From assembly GCA_032718475.1 (NCBI GenBank), contig JAUCBJ010007403.1, positions 1-52,607 on the forward strand: 52,607 nucleotides of DNA, given 5' to 3'. The stretch's first letter is position 1. Every line of letters starts with the position of its first letter. Origin of the DNA: Nemertoderma westbladi. Taxonomy: Eukaryota > Animalia > Xenacoelomorpha. The notes beneath the pieces are model-generated. The model made no database searches. It had not been told where the DNA came from and was given only the letters and a program-made list of their open reading frames with translations. Below, in pieces: positions 24,586 through 35,053 of this stretch. The position numbers were made by a program, and so were the translations under genes.

Positions 24586-25380
24586 TTTTACTGAACTACG
24601 GTTCGGTAGGACTAAAGTTATTTGAAAATTTTGTATTTTGAGGTAAAAAAATTTATATTTGATTAGCTAAGTGCTAATTTTTTGAAATAAAATTTGATTT
24701 GAACCGCGTGTAAAATATTTTTGGAATTGAATACCGGTGTTTAAAAAGGGTTTAAATACCATATTGTACCGGTATTTTCGTAAAGTAAAACCTAACTCTT
24801 TTGTTTTTTCAGGATTCAGAACTCATTTCTAGACTGTAACGGGAGCAAGACCGTGTTTAGCAAGTTTGGGAGATAGATAACTCAACAACTTTGGTTGGGA
24901 AAATCGCGTTTCGTCCGCAACGTTAAAAACGGAAAGGTTCACGTCCGGTTTGTATCTGGGAATCTGTTTTTCTGGAGAATTATTGGAGTGGGTGAGTTCG
25001 AAAAGTTGCATAAATAAGTTAGGCATTACCGTATTAGTTAAAATTATTGTGGGTTCCACTGTCTCAAGTATTTATGCATTCCGTACGATTTCTTTGTTCA
25101 TTGCTGAATTAGTCCGTATTATTGTATTTAATTTACCTTTTGATAACGCATATCGTTATCCGATTTATTTGTTATAAAATTGGCCGCTAGGCTAATTTTA
25201 TTATATACTTATTCCGTGACATTTATTTGCTGTAAAATTGGCCGTTTAGGCTAATTTTATCCATCTGCTATAAAATCGGCCGGTAGGCTAATTTTATATG
25301 ACTGTAACTAGTACCGTTTAGATAAAATACGGTAAACTCGATACTTTGACACTCACTTTACTTGACTTACAACTACCAAA

Positions 25381-25944
25381 ATGAGTGACAAACAAGACTA
25401 TACAAAGAATACACCTACCGACTATGACTCGTGTGACGCGGATAAGTCAGCAGCGGAAGGACAACAGGGGAAGACTCGCGAGCCTACCGAACCTACACCG
25501 TGTGCGTCACCAGTACATCCAACGGGAGTACCGGATGCCGTAGTACGAGGCGACGGCAGGACCGAGGACTTTCTAACTGTTCCGCAACCTAGATATAGGG
25601 AATCGGAAATGGTAAGTTCAGCAGGAAGCACAGAAAGTGTGGTTAGAAGCGTCGGAGGATATATGGCGCATATAACCAGGAGTATTGGGGAAGGCCAACG
25701 CACATTAGACGAGTTGACCGCTCCGATGTCTCGATTCGAATTCTACACCCTCCAGGTTAGAGTGCAAACTAGAGTACACAAGTCCGTAGATAACCTAATT
25801 GGTCTACAAGATCTAGCTAGACAGAGACAGGACATGGATACTCAACTTAGAATCCTCGAGAAACTAATGATCGCTAGAGAGAAACTGATTCAGTTTAAGT
25901 CGACGATTAGACAGATACAACAGGAACAAGCAGTTGTTAGGTGA
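25381..25944 (+). CDS. N-terminal gag segment (ORF1a) of the BEL element
   Basis: ATG in good context; RSVGGYMAHITR is typical of BEL gag N-termini; overlaps the +1-frame polyprotein, which is open from 25889. Confidence 0.7.
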   Translation: MSDKQDYTKNTPTDYDSCDADKSAAEGQQGKTREPTEPTPCASPVHPTGVPDAVVRGDGRTEDFLTVPQPRYRESEMVSSAGSTESVVRSVGGYMAHITRSIGEGQRTLDELTAPMSRFEFYTLQVRVQTRVHKSVDNLIGLQDLARQRQDMDTQLRILEKLMIAREKLIQFKSTIRQIQQEQAVVR

Positions 25945-28900
25945 GTCAGTTTCGGACGAATTATTACAACCCAAGGAAGAACAGGAACTGTACCGACTGG
26001 ATGGACAATTGAAACACCTGACGGACCACTTACGCATGTGCGGCGAAGACGTCGGCGATTTGGAAACCGTGCCGGAATATACGAGGGAAACTTCATTCGC
26101 ACAAATCGAATCGGCACCGGGAATACTAAATCAATCGCTGGTAAGTATTCGTAGCGAAATCTGCGAGGGAAGTATGGTCACGTCGGAAGTTGCCCGACAA
26201 CAGCAAGAATTCTACCAACAACAACGAGAAATCGAGGAACAAGCTCAACTTCTAGTGATGCAGGCAGCAGTAGAGGAAGAGAAGCTGCGCGTTGTAAATG
26301 TAGCGAGAATCTCTCATCTACAGGAACAAGCTGAATTAGAAGCAGCTCAAGTAGAAAGGTTAGAGGTAGACATCGCCCAACAAACGGCAGCGGTTGATTT
26401 AGCGCAACAAAACGCAGCGGTCGAGTTAGAGCGACAGATGGCAGCGACTGATTTGGAGCGACAAAACGCAGCGGCTGATTTGGAACGACAAAACGCAGCG
26501 GCTGATTTGGAACGACGAAACGCAGCGGTCAAGTTAGAGCGACAAATGGCAGCGGCGGAATTAGAGCGACGAAACGCAGCGGCTGATTTAGAGCGACGAA
26601 ACGCAGCGGCGGAATTGGAACGAGAAAGGTTAGTTTCGGAAGCACGGGCCGAAATGAAAACACGGCAAATAAAGGCTCAATCCGCTATACGACAAGCGGA
26701 GTTTGAGGCGCAACGACAACAAACGGAACAACGAGAGAAGACAGCTAAACTTCATTTCGAACTTGAGAAGAAGGCGAGAGAAGTAGCCGAAGCCAAGGAA
26801 AATCTGGATCTTCTAGCCCGCGATCGATCAATGAGATCTCGAGACGGACATGACTTGGACCAGATAGAGGTAAGACATCGCCAAATTCAGGAACGGAAGA
26901 AGGAAGGAAGTGTGGGAGCACCCGGACGGGAACGACAATTAGTAAAGGACTTGTGTCAACGATTCCCACAGGTAACTCATATGTTTGCACCAGTTACGAC
27001 TAAGGAACCTGTTTCGATTGCGGGTAGTAGTAACATTTCTCCTATCCATGGTGCGACGGAACACAGGTTTGTTATTCCGGACAAGTTTACACCGCCAAGA
27101 GCAACGTCGTCGCCCATTCCGAAAGTCAAGGTAAGTAACCCACCGATTACGGATCGTAGTAGTTTATTGACCGGACCTGCGCTACTGACGACAAAACAGG
27201 TGAGTCCACCGTCGACACCTAAACCCGTTACACACTACGCTTACCCAATGACGTTTCGACCAACAAGGCCTTTGGATTCAAAAGCGGTCGTCCGACCACC
27301 GTTTCAGTTTACATCGCAATCTACGACTTCGAGGAAGACTTGTGAGCCTACCGAACAACGGAGAACAGTGGATACGCGACCGTTCAATCAGTTTACATCG
27401 CAATCTACGACTTCGAGGAAGACTTGTGAGCCTACCGAACAACGGAGAACAGTGGATACGCGACCGTTCAATCAGTTTACATCGCAATCTACGACTTCGA
27501 GGAAGACTTGTGAGCCTACCGAACAACGGAGAACAGTGGATACGCGACCGTTCAATCAGTTTACATCGCAATCTACGACTTCGAGGAAGACTTGTGAGCC
27601 TACCGAACAACGGAGAACAGTGGATACGCGACCGTTCAATCAGTTTACATCGCAATCTACGACTTCGAGGAAGACTTGTGAGCCTACCGAACAACGGAGA
27701 ACAGTGGACGATGTTCCGAAACGGAACGTTAGAATTCGAACGACGCAACGGACGCGAGCACGTCGACCACCATATCCAGATGATAGTAGTACTTCAAGCG
27801 AATCGGATTACCCGAAACGCGAGGTATTTAGAACAGGGGCGGCCGATGAATACAAACGCGAGCGTTCAGACAACTCCTTTGCAGACAATCCTCCACAGAA
27901 TACACCAACACAGAAGGCGTTACAACCAACGGACGCAATTAGTACACAACAGTTCGCCGACATCCTGCGACCAGTTGTCAATAAGTTGGCTCAGATCGAG
28001 GAACGTCTGGAGGAAGGTTACACCGACAGTTCGAGAAATTCCGAATTCGAACACAATAGACACCTGAAGGAACCACAAAGACCGGTACCTTCAAACCCCA
28101 CATCGTATCAGGGAAAAGCGCCAAGAAGGGATATCAACAAGGTTACCAACCAAGGACGCGAAACTCTGAACGTTGCCGAGGAGATAGCGAAATTCGCAGC
28201 CAGACAGGGATTGCCGGTACAACAACCACCGAAGTTTTCCGGTAGTTCAAAACACTGGCACACATTCGTAGACTATATCGAATCCCAGATCGCCGTGTGC
28301 GCCTTTACATCACGGGAGAAGTTTAATTACCTGCTTCAAACGTTGTCAGGAGAACCTAAACGTTTGGCGGAGACTTTCGTCGGTGTACCGGACGCTTTCG
28401 AACTAGCGTACGATCGTTTAACTTCGATATACGGAGGTACAGTGAGCATGGCCAGGTCAGTAATAGAGGAACTCTGTAAGGGAGGGGCTATCACTAAACC
28501 CGTCGACTTACTAAAACTAGCTGACGTGATCAAGAACGCTATCACTACCTTAAGATCAATTGGACAACTTGATTACGGGAATACCCCTACAGTCCTATTA
28601 AAGATAATAGGACGACTCCACCATCGACTTCGTCGGGAGTGGAGGAAGGTCGAATACCAGCGAGAAGAGCGGGGAGGATTCTTAAAATTAGAAGATGTGT
28701 ACCTTTTAATATCTAGGGAGGCGGTAGTAGAAACTCGATCTAACTACACCGACCAGCACATCGTGGCAGAAGGGATCACATTGCCATCCTCCAACCGACA
28801 AAAACCCCAGACAACATCCACTAAGACGGCCACTTACACCACACCGACGGAATCACGACAATTCTCAGACGGAGGTAGGGTATCTGCGCCCATTGGGACA

Positions 28901-31900
28901 AAACAGACGAGACAACAACTCGGTACCGACTTCAGCGGCTGCCAATACTGCGAGCATCTAGGTAAGCGGTATATCGGTCACAAGTTACGAGGTTGTCGAC
29001 AATTTCGCGAGTTGAACTCGGAAGAACGACGGCTGCAAATACGGCCATTGGACTCTTGTTGGCGGTGTACGCGACACGGACACGTCCGTAAAGATTGCCC
29101 AAATACCGACACTTGTCCATCCTGTGGACGCAACCACGACGGTCTGCTCCACACAGACAGCCACACGCCGACGAAACGCTTCGCCAGGGAACACCCGGAA
29201 GCAGCAGCGAGATGTGATGCGGCTTACCGAAAACGAGAATCGAAAACGACTCCAACCTTCGTGACCCATATTGAGGATTGCTTCTCAGAACAATCCGGAT
29301 CGTCGGACGAAGAATCAGAAGACGACGACGAATATTCCAATGGAGACGAACAACCGTCGATCGCGCTTCTGACCACTGACCAACTGAAGGGATTCAGTGT
29401 AATCCCGATTAAGATCACTGGCACCAAGGGGAGTAAGAGGATCTACGCGATTCTAGATTCAGCCTCATCTCATAGCTACGTGGATGAAAAGATAGCTGAC
29501 GTAGTGACGGATCTTAAACAAGGTAAGCACGTCAGTTATACAGTAAGTAGTATGCACGGACAGCGTGCAATACCAGTGACACGAGTTAAGTTGGACTTAG
29601 ACTCTCTTCTTCCAAAATCGCAGCACAGCGAGAGGGAGAGGTCTTTGTTGCCCTTTAAAGATCTAACCTTTGCGGCCACGAAGGACTTTAGTAACCTACT
29701 AGGTCCAGTGCCGGAACAATCTCTAGAGGACCGTAAGTATTTCAGACACCTTGGTGTACCTGAATGTCCTGTCAATTATAGATCGGTAGCAATGCTGATC
29801 GGGACAGACCAATTCAACCTACATCAGGTGTGGGAAACCAGACCATCGGCAGTTGTAGCGGGAAACGCATACGCCTGCAGAACGCCGATAGGGTGGTATA
29901 CTCGAGCGCCTGTGCGCACACTAGACGTAAGTGACGAGGAAGACGATGTACAGAGTACATGTAGTTTATTAACTACAAATTCAATTCATTCCTTTTCACA
30001 CGACGTGAACCATACTACACTACAGTCGACAAAACATAACAGACGTGTAACTAGTATGATAAGTCACAAGGAGCAGCTAATTCACCAGGTGAGTTTAGAA
30101 CTTGGGGAGAAGACGAGTCAGCTAGAGATTCCATCGACGACAGATGATAGGCTTGCGAGTCTACCTACCCCAATAACCTCAACAGTGCCCGTCGAGATCG
30201 ATGATGACGCGTTGAGAAATCATCAGTTGGAACAAGCTGTACTAGACAAAGAATTAACGGAGAAGACTATCAGGTGGTTAGAACAAGATACAGCTGAACC
30301 TGGTAGCTACGAACCTTGTATGTCGGAACAGGAGAAACAATCTCTGAAGATCATGGAAGATACTATCCACCAGACGAAAGACGGACATTATGAGGTAGGG
30401 ATGTTATGGCGTAGCCAAAGCCCTAAACTCATAAACAACTATCCACTGGCTTTGAGACGTCTACACTCAATACGGCAACGTCTATTAAAGGACGAGAAAG
30501 CCCATCTGCAGTACAACACCCAGATGGAGACGTATTTGACTAAAGGATACGCTATCCGAATGACGAACCCGGAGATAGTGACTGACCAAACATATTACTT
30601 GCCACATCACTATGTGAGACACCCCGATAAACCAGACAAAGTACGCATAGTCAACGACTGTGCGGCTCTGTTTGAGGGAATGTCCCTCAATAGTGAGTTG
30701 ATGGATGGACCAAACATGAATAATTATCTAATGGGGGTGATTATGCGCTTCCGTCAGCGTCAAGTAGCTTTTACTTGTGACGTTGAAGCGATGTTTCACC
30801 AAGTGAGAGCGTTAGAGCGAGACAGAGACAGTTTGCGGTTCCTCTGGTACCCGGAAGGAGACTTAAGTCTACCACCGGCGACTTACCAAATGCAAGTTCG
30901 CGTTTTCGGTGCCAGAGACAGCCCAAATTGCACGATGTACGCCCTAAAGCAGGCCGCTAGAGATCAGAAACACCTATATGACCCAGAGATAATTAAAATC
31001 GTAGAACGTGACTTTTACGTCGATGACGGTTTACAGAGTTGCGACACAGTAGAACGTGCTACAACAGTAGCACATCAATTACGGGACTGCTTAGCGGGCG
31101 GAGGTTTTAACCTCACCAAATTCGCCTCAAACAGTGCCGAATTAGTAGACTCATTCGGAACGACTGAGCGTGGAGGTGGTGACATAGACCTAGAGTTCGA
31201 ACCACTACCGACGACTAAGGTGTTGGGGCTCTTTTGGGACCCAAACACAGACAACTTTCGAGTGAAGGTGAGACTGGACAGTCAAGAGAACACACTGACA
31301 AAGAGATCATGCTTGTCAAAGTTGAGCCGATTGTTCGATCCGTTAGGATTCATCAGTCCAGTAATACTGCAAGCCCGCATTTATATGCGCAGTATATGGA
31401 AGGATGGACTAACATGGGACGAGCCGATCTCATCAGACCAAGTGGACTTATGGAAGACCTGGGAGGCGGAATTATCTTCGCTAGAGGATTATTCCATACC
31501 CAGGGTTTACTTTCCATTACAAAGTACATTTCCTGACAACTTGGAACTACACTGTTTTTCTGACGCCAGTGACAACGGTTTTGGTGTGGCAGCGTACTTG
31601 CGCAGACAAGTAGAATCAGACGAGTTCGATGTTTCGCTCATTACTTCTAAGGCTAAGACCATGCCTACTAAGTATATGACGACACCACGAGCCGAGCTAC
31701 AAGCCGCAACCCTGTCAACCACCATCGTGAACCTCATACAGACAGAACTACAGTCGAGTTTACAGATATTTTATTGGACTGACGCGACGTTGGTTTTATT
31801 TTACATAAACAACGACACACTCGAATTCAAGACATTCGTAGCTAACCGTCGCGCGGAAATTCTAGACCGTTCAATAAAAGAGGATTGGCGACATTGCCCC

Positions 31901-34396
31901 GGACCACAAAACCCAGCTGATATTGCGTCGCGAGGAATGATGCCTGAGGAATTCTGTAAACCGGAGAACAAAGAATTTTGGCAACACGGACCCCAGTTCT
32001 TGCAGAAATCGACACAAGATTGGCCTCCGTTATACGACAACAAATCTAACACTATCCCAAAGGACGCCGAAATCAAGAAACCAAAAAAGGGGAAGACAAA
32101 GAAAAGGACGACGGTGGCAAAACTCAAGAAAAAACCGAAGGCGAAATGGAAAGATATAACTTCAAAGGTCAAGAGAGGAAGACTTGCGAGCCTTTCTACA
32201 CCAGACATATCGCCAGACGGTCAACCAGACGCATTACTAGACGGTCATCCAGACATTCTACCAGACACTAGTGACATACTGACAAACAGTAAAGCCGCAG
32301 TTTCCCTATTGGAGCGGCCTTCTATTGACAAACAACCAGATATGTTACCAGACGTATCGCCAGACACATTACTAGACAGTCGACTAGACATTTTGTCAGA
32401 AACATCACAAAATGTTCTACCGGACATTAGTAATTTATCGACTAACAGTAAAGCCGCAGTTTCCCTATTGGAGCGGCCTTGTATTGACAAACTACCAATT
32501 TTGACACACTTGAGCAACCATAAGCACGGTGAAACCTCATGTATTACAGATGTGGGTAGTACCTACGCTAATGTAAATACAGGTGTTACTTTGCGCTCAA
32601 GAGACATACCGAACCTGCAACCTATGGTGAGACCTGGGATTAATGTCGGCAGAAAAATTAGTTTACCGAAACCCACTGATCCCATAGAGTTCAAACCACC
32701 ATTAACGATCGACTTACAAAGTACTGACAATCAAGGTAAGAAGACAAAGAAGGACAAATTACTTGTAGACCCGGACGGATCAACAGTCAACAAGGGAATA
32801 CTTACCGGCGGACCCGTGGGCCCTTCTAGTAATTCAAAACCTTCCAAATTCTCAATTGACTTACCTGATGACGTCACAAATACTCATGTCGACCGTATTG
32901 TAAACTTAACAGATTCTTGGTCGAACGCTTGCCGAAAATTAGCGTGGATTGTACGTTTTGTACAATACGTTAAAGGCAAACGCGACTTTACACGTCGACT
33001 TACATTGGCTGAGATTGACAGGTGTGAAATTATATTAATTCGCCATTATCAACTGCGATATTTCGCGCGCGAATTCACATCCATAAATCAAGGTCAAACA
33101 ATCAAGTCGTCACCAATACTGAGTTGGAGTCCGATAATTTATAATGGCTTAATTTGTCATAAATCTCGGCTTCAAAACATTGACTTTAACACAAACTTTG
33201 GGTACCCAATAATAATACCGCAACATCACGAACTACAACGTGCAATGATACTGGACGCACATTTACATCTAAAACACGCTGGAAGACACCACTGTCTTTC
33301 CTACTTACGTACAAGATTTGTATTAATTAGACCCAGTAAAGCATTAAGTTCAGTGACACGTACGTGTATTATTTGTAAAAAGGTACATTCTAGAATAGGT
33401 ACCCAAGAAATGAGTGAACTACCACAAGCACGACTTCAAGCATTCAAACCACCTTTTACAGAGACTGGAATTGATTGCTTTGGTCCCATACATACGAAAC
33501 GTGGACGTATACTAGTAAAACGCTGGGGACTGATTTTCACATGTATGTCCAGTAGGGCAGTTCACATTGAACGTGTGATGGATCTTTCCACCAACGCGTT
33601 TATACTAGCACTGCGGCGATTTATCGCTAGACGCGGACTAGTGAAATGCTTGTACTCAGACCAAGGGACAAACTTCGTTGGTGCTCGGAATGAGATTGCT
33701 AGAGCCTTTAAGAAATTAGATCATGATCAAATCTCGAACGAACTGCAACCTCACAAGATCGTTTGGAAGTTTAATCCTCCAGATAGTCCTTGGAGAGGCG
33801 GAGTCTGGGAGAGATTGATTAGATCTATAAAGACAGCCATGGCAAAGGTCATTCCAGTAAACCACATACTGACAGACGACCAACTGACAACATTGTTTGT
33901 TGAAATCGAGGCAATACTAAATACTAGACCAATAGTATTAGTACCCGATGACAAACAATCTCAGTTCGCTTTGACACTGGCACACCTGCTAATGCAGGCA
34001 CCGACCACTTTGACGCCGATTTCTATTCCAATAGAAAGCGACAGCTACGGTAGAAAAGCGTGGAAAATCACGCAACTACTGGCTAACAAATTCTGGGAAA
34101 TATGGCAAAACCATTATTTGCCCTCTATTTCTGCCAGAACAACATGGTACAATAACACCCGCGCATTAAAGCCGGGAGATCACGTGCTGTTGGCAGAAGT
34201 GAATCTAAAAAGACGCTTCTGGATAACAGGTGTAATTTTAGCCACACATCCATCTATGGATGGAGTGACAAGGACTGTGACAGTACGGACAATTGACGGT
34301 CGTACAGTAGACAGACCGACTCAACGTCTCGTACTTCTTGAAGAGACTCGTAACGAGTCTGGAGACTACAAATCTCCACCTAATACTAGTAAATAA
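25934..34396 (+). CDS. BEL/Pao Gag-Pol polyprotein (gag, triple Cys knuckle, aspartic protease, RT, RNase H, integrase)
   Basis: PPKFSGSSKHW (gag); CQYC..H..C / CWRCTRHGHVRKDC / CPSCGRNHDGLLH; AILDSAS (PR); DFYVDDG (RT); CFSDASDNGFG (RH); H..H..CIIC, GIDCFGP, YSDQGTNF and GGVWER (IN). Confidence 0.97.
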   Translation: MLGESVSDELLQPKEEQELYRLDGQLKHLTDHLRMCGEDVGDLETVPEYTRETSFAQIESAPGILNQSLVSIRSEICEGSMVTSEVARQQQEFYQQQREIEEQAQLLVMQAAVEEEKLRVVNVARISHLQEQAELEAAQVERLEVDIAQQTAAVDLAQQNAAVELERQMAATDLERQNAAADLERQNAAADLERRNAAVKLERQMAAAELERRNAAADLERRNAAAELERERLVSEARAEMKTRQIKAQSAIRQAEFEAQRQQTEQREKTAKLHFELEKKAREVAEAKENLDLLARDRSMRSRDGHDLDQIEVRHRQIQERKKEGSVGAPGRERQLVKDLCQRFPQVTHMFAPVTTKEPVSIAGSSNISPIHGATEHRFVIPDKFTPPRATSSPIPKVKVSNPPITDRSSLLTGPALLTTKQVSPPSTPKPVTHYAYPMTFRPTRPLDSKAVVRPPFQFTSQSTTSRKTCEPTEQRRTVDTRPFNQFTSQSTTSRKTCEPTEQRRTVDTRPFNQFTSQSTTSRKTCEPTEQRRTVDTRPFNQFTSQSTTSRKTCEPTEQRRTVDTRPFNQFTSQSTTSRKTCEPTEQRRTVDDVPKRNVRIRTTQRTRARRPPYPDDSSTSSESDYPKREVFRTGAADEYKRERSDNSFADNPPQNTPTQKALQPTDAISTQQFADILRPVVNKLAQIEERLEEGYTDSSRNSEFEHNRHLKEPQRPVPSNPTSYQGKAPRRDINKVTNQGRETLNVAEEIAKFAARQGLPVQQPPKFSGSSKHWHTFVDYIESQIAVCAFTSREKFNYLLQTLSGEPKRLAETFVGVPDAFELAYDRLTSIYGGTVSMARSVIEELCKGGAITKPVDLLKLADVIKNAITTLRSIGQLDYGNTPTVLLKIIGRLHHRLRREWRKVEYQREERGGFLKLEDVYLLISREAVVETRSNYTDQHIVAEGITLPSSNRQKPQTTSTKTATYTTPTESRQFSDGGRVSAPIGTKQTRQQLGTDFSGCQYCEHLGKRYIGHKLRGCRQFRELNSEERRLQIRPLDSCWRCTRHGHVRKDCPNTDTCPSCGRNHDGLLHTDSHTPTKRFAREHPEAAARCDAAYRKRESKTTPTFVTHIEDCFSEQSGSSDEESEDDDEYSNGDEQPSIALLTTDQLKGFSVIPIKITGTKGSKRIYAILDSASSHSYVDEKIADVVTDLKQGKHVSYTVSSMHGQRAIPVTRVKLDLDSLLPKSQHSERERSLLPFKDLTFAATKDFSNLLGPVPEQSLEDRKYFRHLGVPECPVNYRSVAMLIGTDQFNLHQVWETRPSAVVAGNAYACRTPIGWYTRAPVRTLDVSDEEDDVQSTCSLLTTNSIHSFSHDVNHTTLQSTKHNRRVTSMISHKEQLIHQVSLELGEKTSQLEIPSTTDDRLASLPTPITSTVPVEIDDDALRNHQLEQAVLDKELTEKTIRWLEQDTAEPGSYEPCMSEQEKQSLKIMEDTIHQTKDGHYEVGMLWRSQSPKLINNYPLALRRLHSIRQRLLKDEKAHLQYNTQMETYLTKGYAIRMTNPEIVTDQTYYLPHHYVRHPDKPDKVRIVNDCAALFEGMSLNSELMDGPNMNNYLMGVIMRFRQRQVAFTCDVEAMFHQVRALERDRDSLRFLWYPEGDLSLPPATYQMQVRVFGARDSPNCTMYALKQAARDQKHLYDPEIIKIVERDFYVDDGLQSCDTVERATTVAHQLRDCLAGGGFNLTKFASNSAELVDSFGTTERGGGDIDLEFEPLPTTKVLGLFWDPNTDNFRVKVRLDSQENTLTKRSCLSKLSRLFDPLGFISPVILQARIYMRSIWKDGLTWDEPISSDQVDLWKTWEAELSSLEDYSIPRVYFPLQSTFPDNLELHCFSDASDNGFGVAAYLRRQVESDEFDVSLITSKAKTMPTKYMTTPRAELQAATLSTTIVNLIQTELQSSLQIFYWTDATLVLFYINNDTLEFKTFVANRRAEILDRSIKEDWRHCPGPQNPADIASRGMMPEEFCKPENKEFWQHGPQFLQKSTQDWPPLYDNKSNTIPKDAEIKKPKKGKTKKRTTVAKLKKKPKAKWKDITSKVKRGRLASLSTPDISPDGQPDALLDGHPDILPDTSDILTNSKAAVSLLERPSIDKQPDMLPDVSPDTLLDSRLDILSETSQNVLPDISNLSTNSKAAVSLLERPCIDKLPILTHLSNHKHGETSCITDVGSTYANVNTGVTLRSRDIPNLQPMVRPGINVGRKISLPKPTDPIEFKPPLTIDLQSTDNQGKKTKKDKLLVDPDGSTVNKGILTGGPVGPSSNSKPSKFSIDLPDDVTNTHVDRIVNLTDSWSNACRKLAWIVRFVQYVKGKRDFTRRLTLAEIDRCEIILIRHYQLRYFAREFTSINQGQTIKSSPILSWSPIIYNGLICHKSRLQNIDFNTNFGYPIIIPQHHELQRAMILDAHLHLKHAGRHHCLSYLRTRFVLIRPSKALSSVTRTCIICKKVHSRIGTQEMSELPQARLQAFKPPFTETGIDCFGPIHTKRGRILVKRWGLIFTCMSSRAVHIERVMDLSTNAFILALRRFIARRGLVKCLYSDQGTNFVGARNEIARAFKKLDHDQISNELQPHKIVWKFNPPDSPWRGGVWERLIRSIKTAMAKVIPVNHILTDDQLTTLFVEIEAILNTRPIVLVPDDKQSQFALTLAHLLMQAPTTLTPISIPIESDSYGRKAWKITQLLANKFWEIWQNHYLPSISARTTWYNNTRALKPGDHVLLAEVNLKRRFWITGVILATHPSMDGVTRTVTVRTIDGRTVDRPTQRLVLLEETRNESGDYKSPPNTSK
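26385..26625 (+). repeat. 27-bp coding repeat (AAADLERQN)n, predicted coiled coil in gag
   Basis: About 9 imperfect units in the translation. Confidence 0.85.
27305..27708 (+). repeat. 84-bp perfect coding tandem repeat, ~5 copies (FTSQSTTSRKTCEPTEQRRTVDTRPFNQ)
   Basis: Period 84 seen directly (27333, 27417, 27501, 27585, 27669). Confidence 0.95.
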
Positions 34397-35053
34397 TTAG
34401 GAGTTTACAAATAGATTTCCACGTACCTGTACACCGTAGTAAGGACAGCGGTAGAATTCCATTGTCTTTATATGTGAACATTGAGGGTAGTACCCTTATG
34501 TGTCACATAGGAGCGGGATTTGTAGGTATAAGAAATGGAATTCTACTTGGAACTCACAATATTGAGACATTTTCGAAATTTTAGACAATCCATTTGGATT
34601 TGAAAATTTTTAAAAATTTCTCCAGTGAATAGATTTCAGGGTACAGTCGGGTGGAACTTAAAATTAGAGAAACAAGAGAGGAAGACTTGCGAGCCTTTCT
34701 TAAAAATTTTAATTAAATTTTACACGGTCTTGTTTCAATAAGTTACGTCAAAATAGACTCCCCTATATTTATTACTAATTCTTGATTGCTTATTTTCTGA
34801 TAATAGTTTGGGATCAAAAGTGAGTATTTTAGACTCACAGCCAGTTTAGCCCAAATTCGTTTTTACTTCGGCAAAAAATTTTAGATAAGAAGCAGCGTGT
34901 CATTAAAGAAACCCTAGATCTTAGGCTATGGGTAGGAGGTTAGAGCGTTGTCGAGCCCAAAGGGCAGACGAAACTCTCACGTCTCCTCACAACTAACTAC
35001 AAACTCTGTTGTATTCCCTCTAGTAGTAATGATTATGTAACTACACCCTAATT

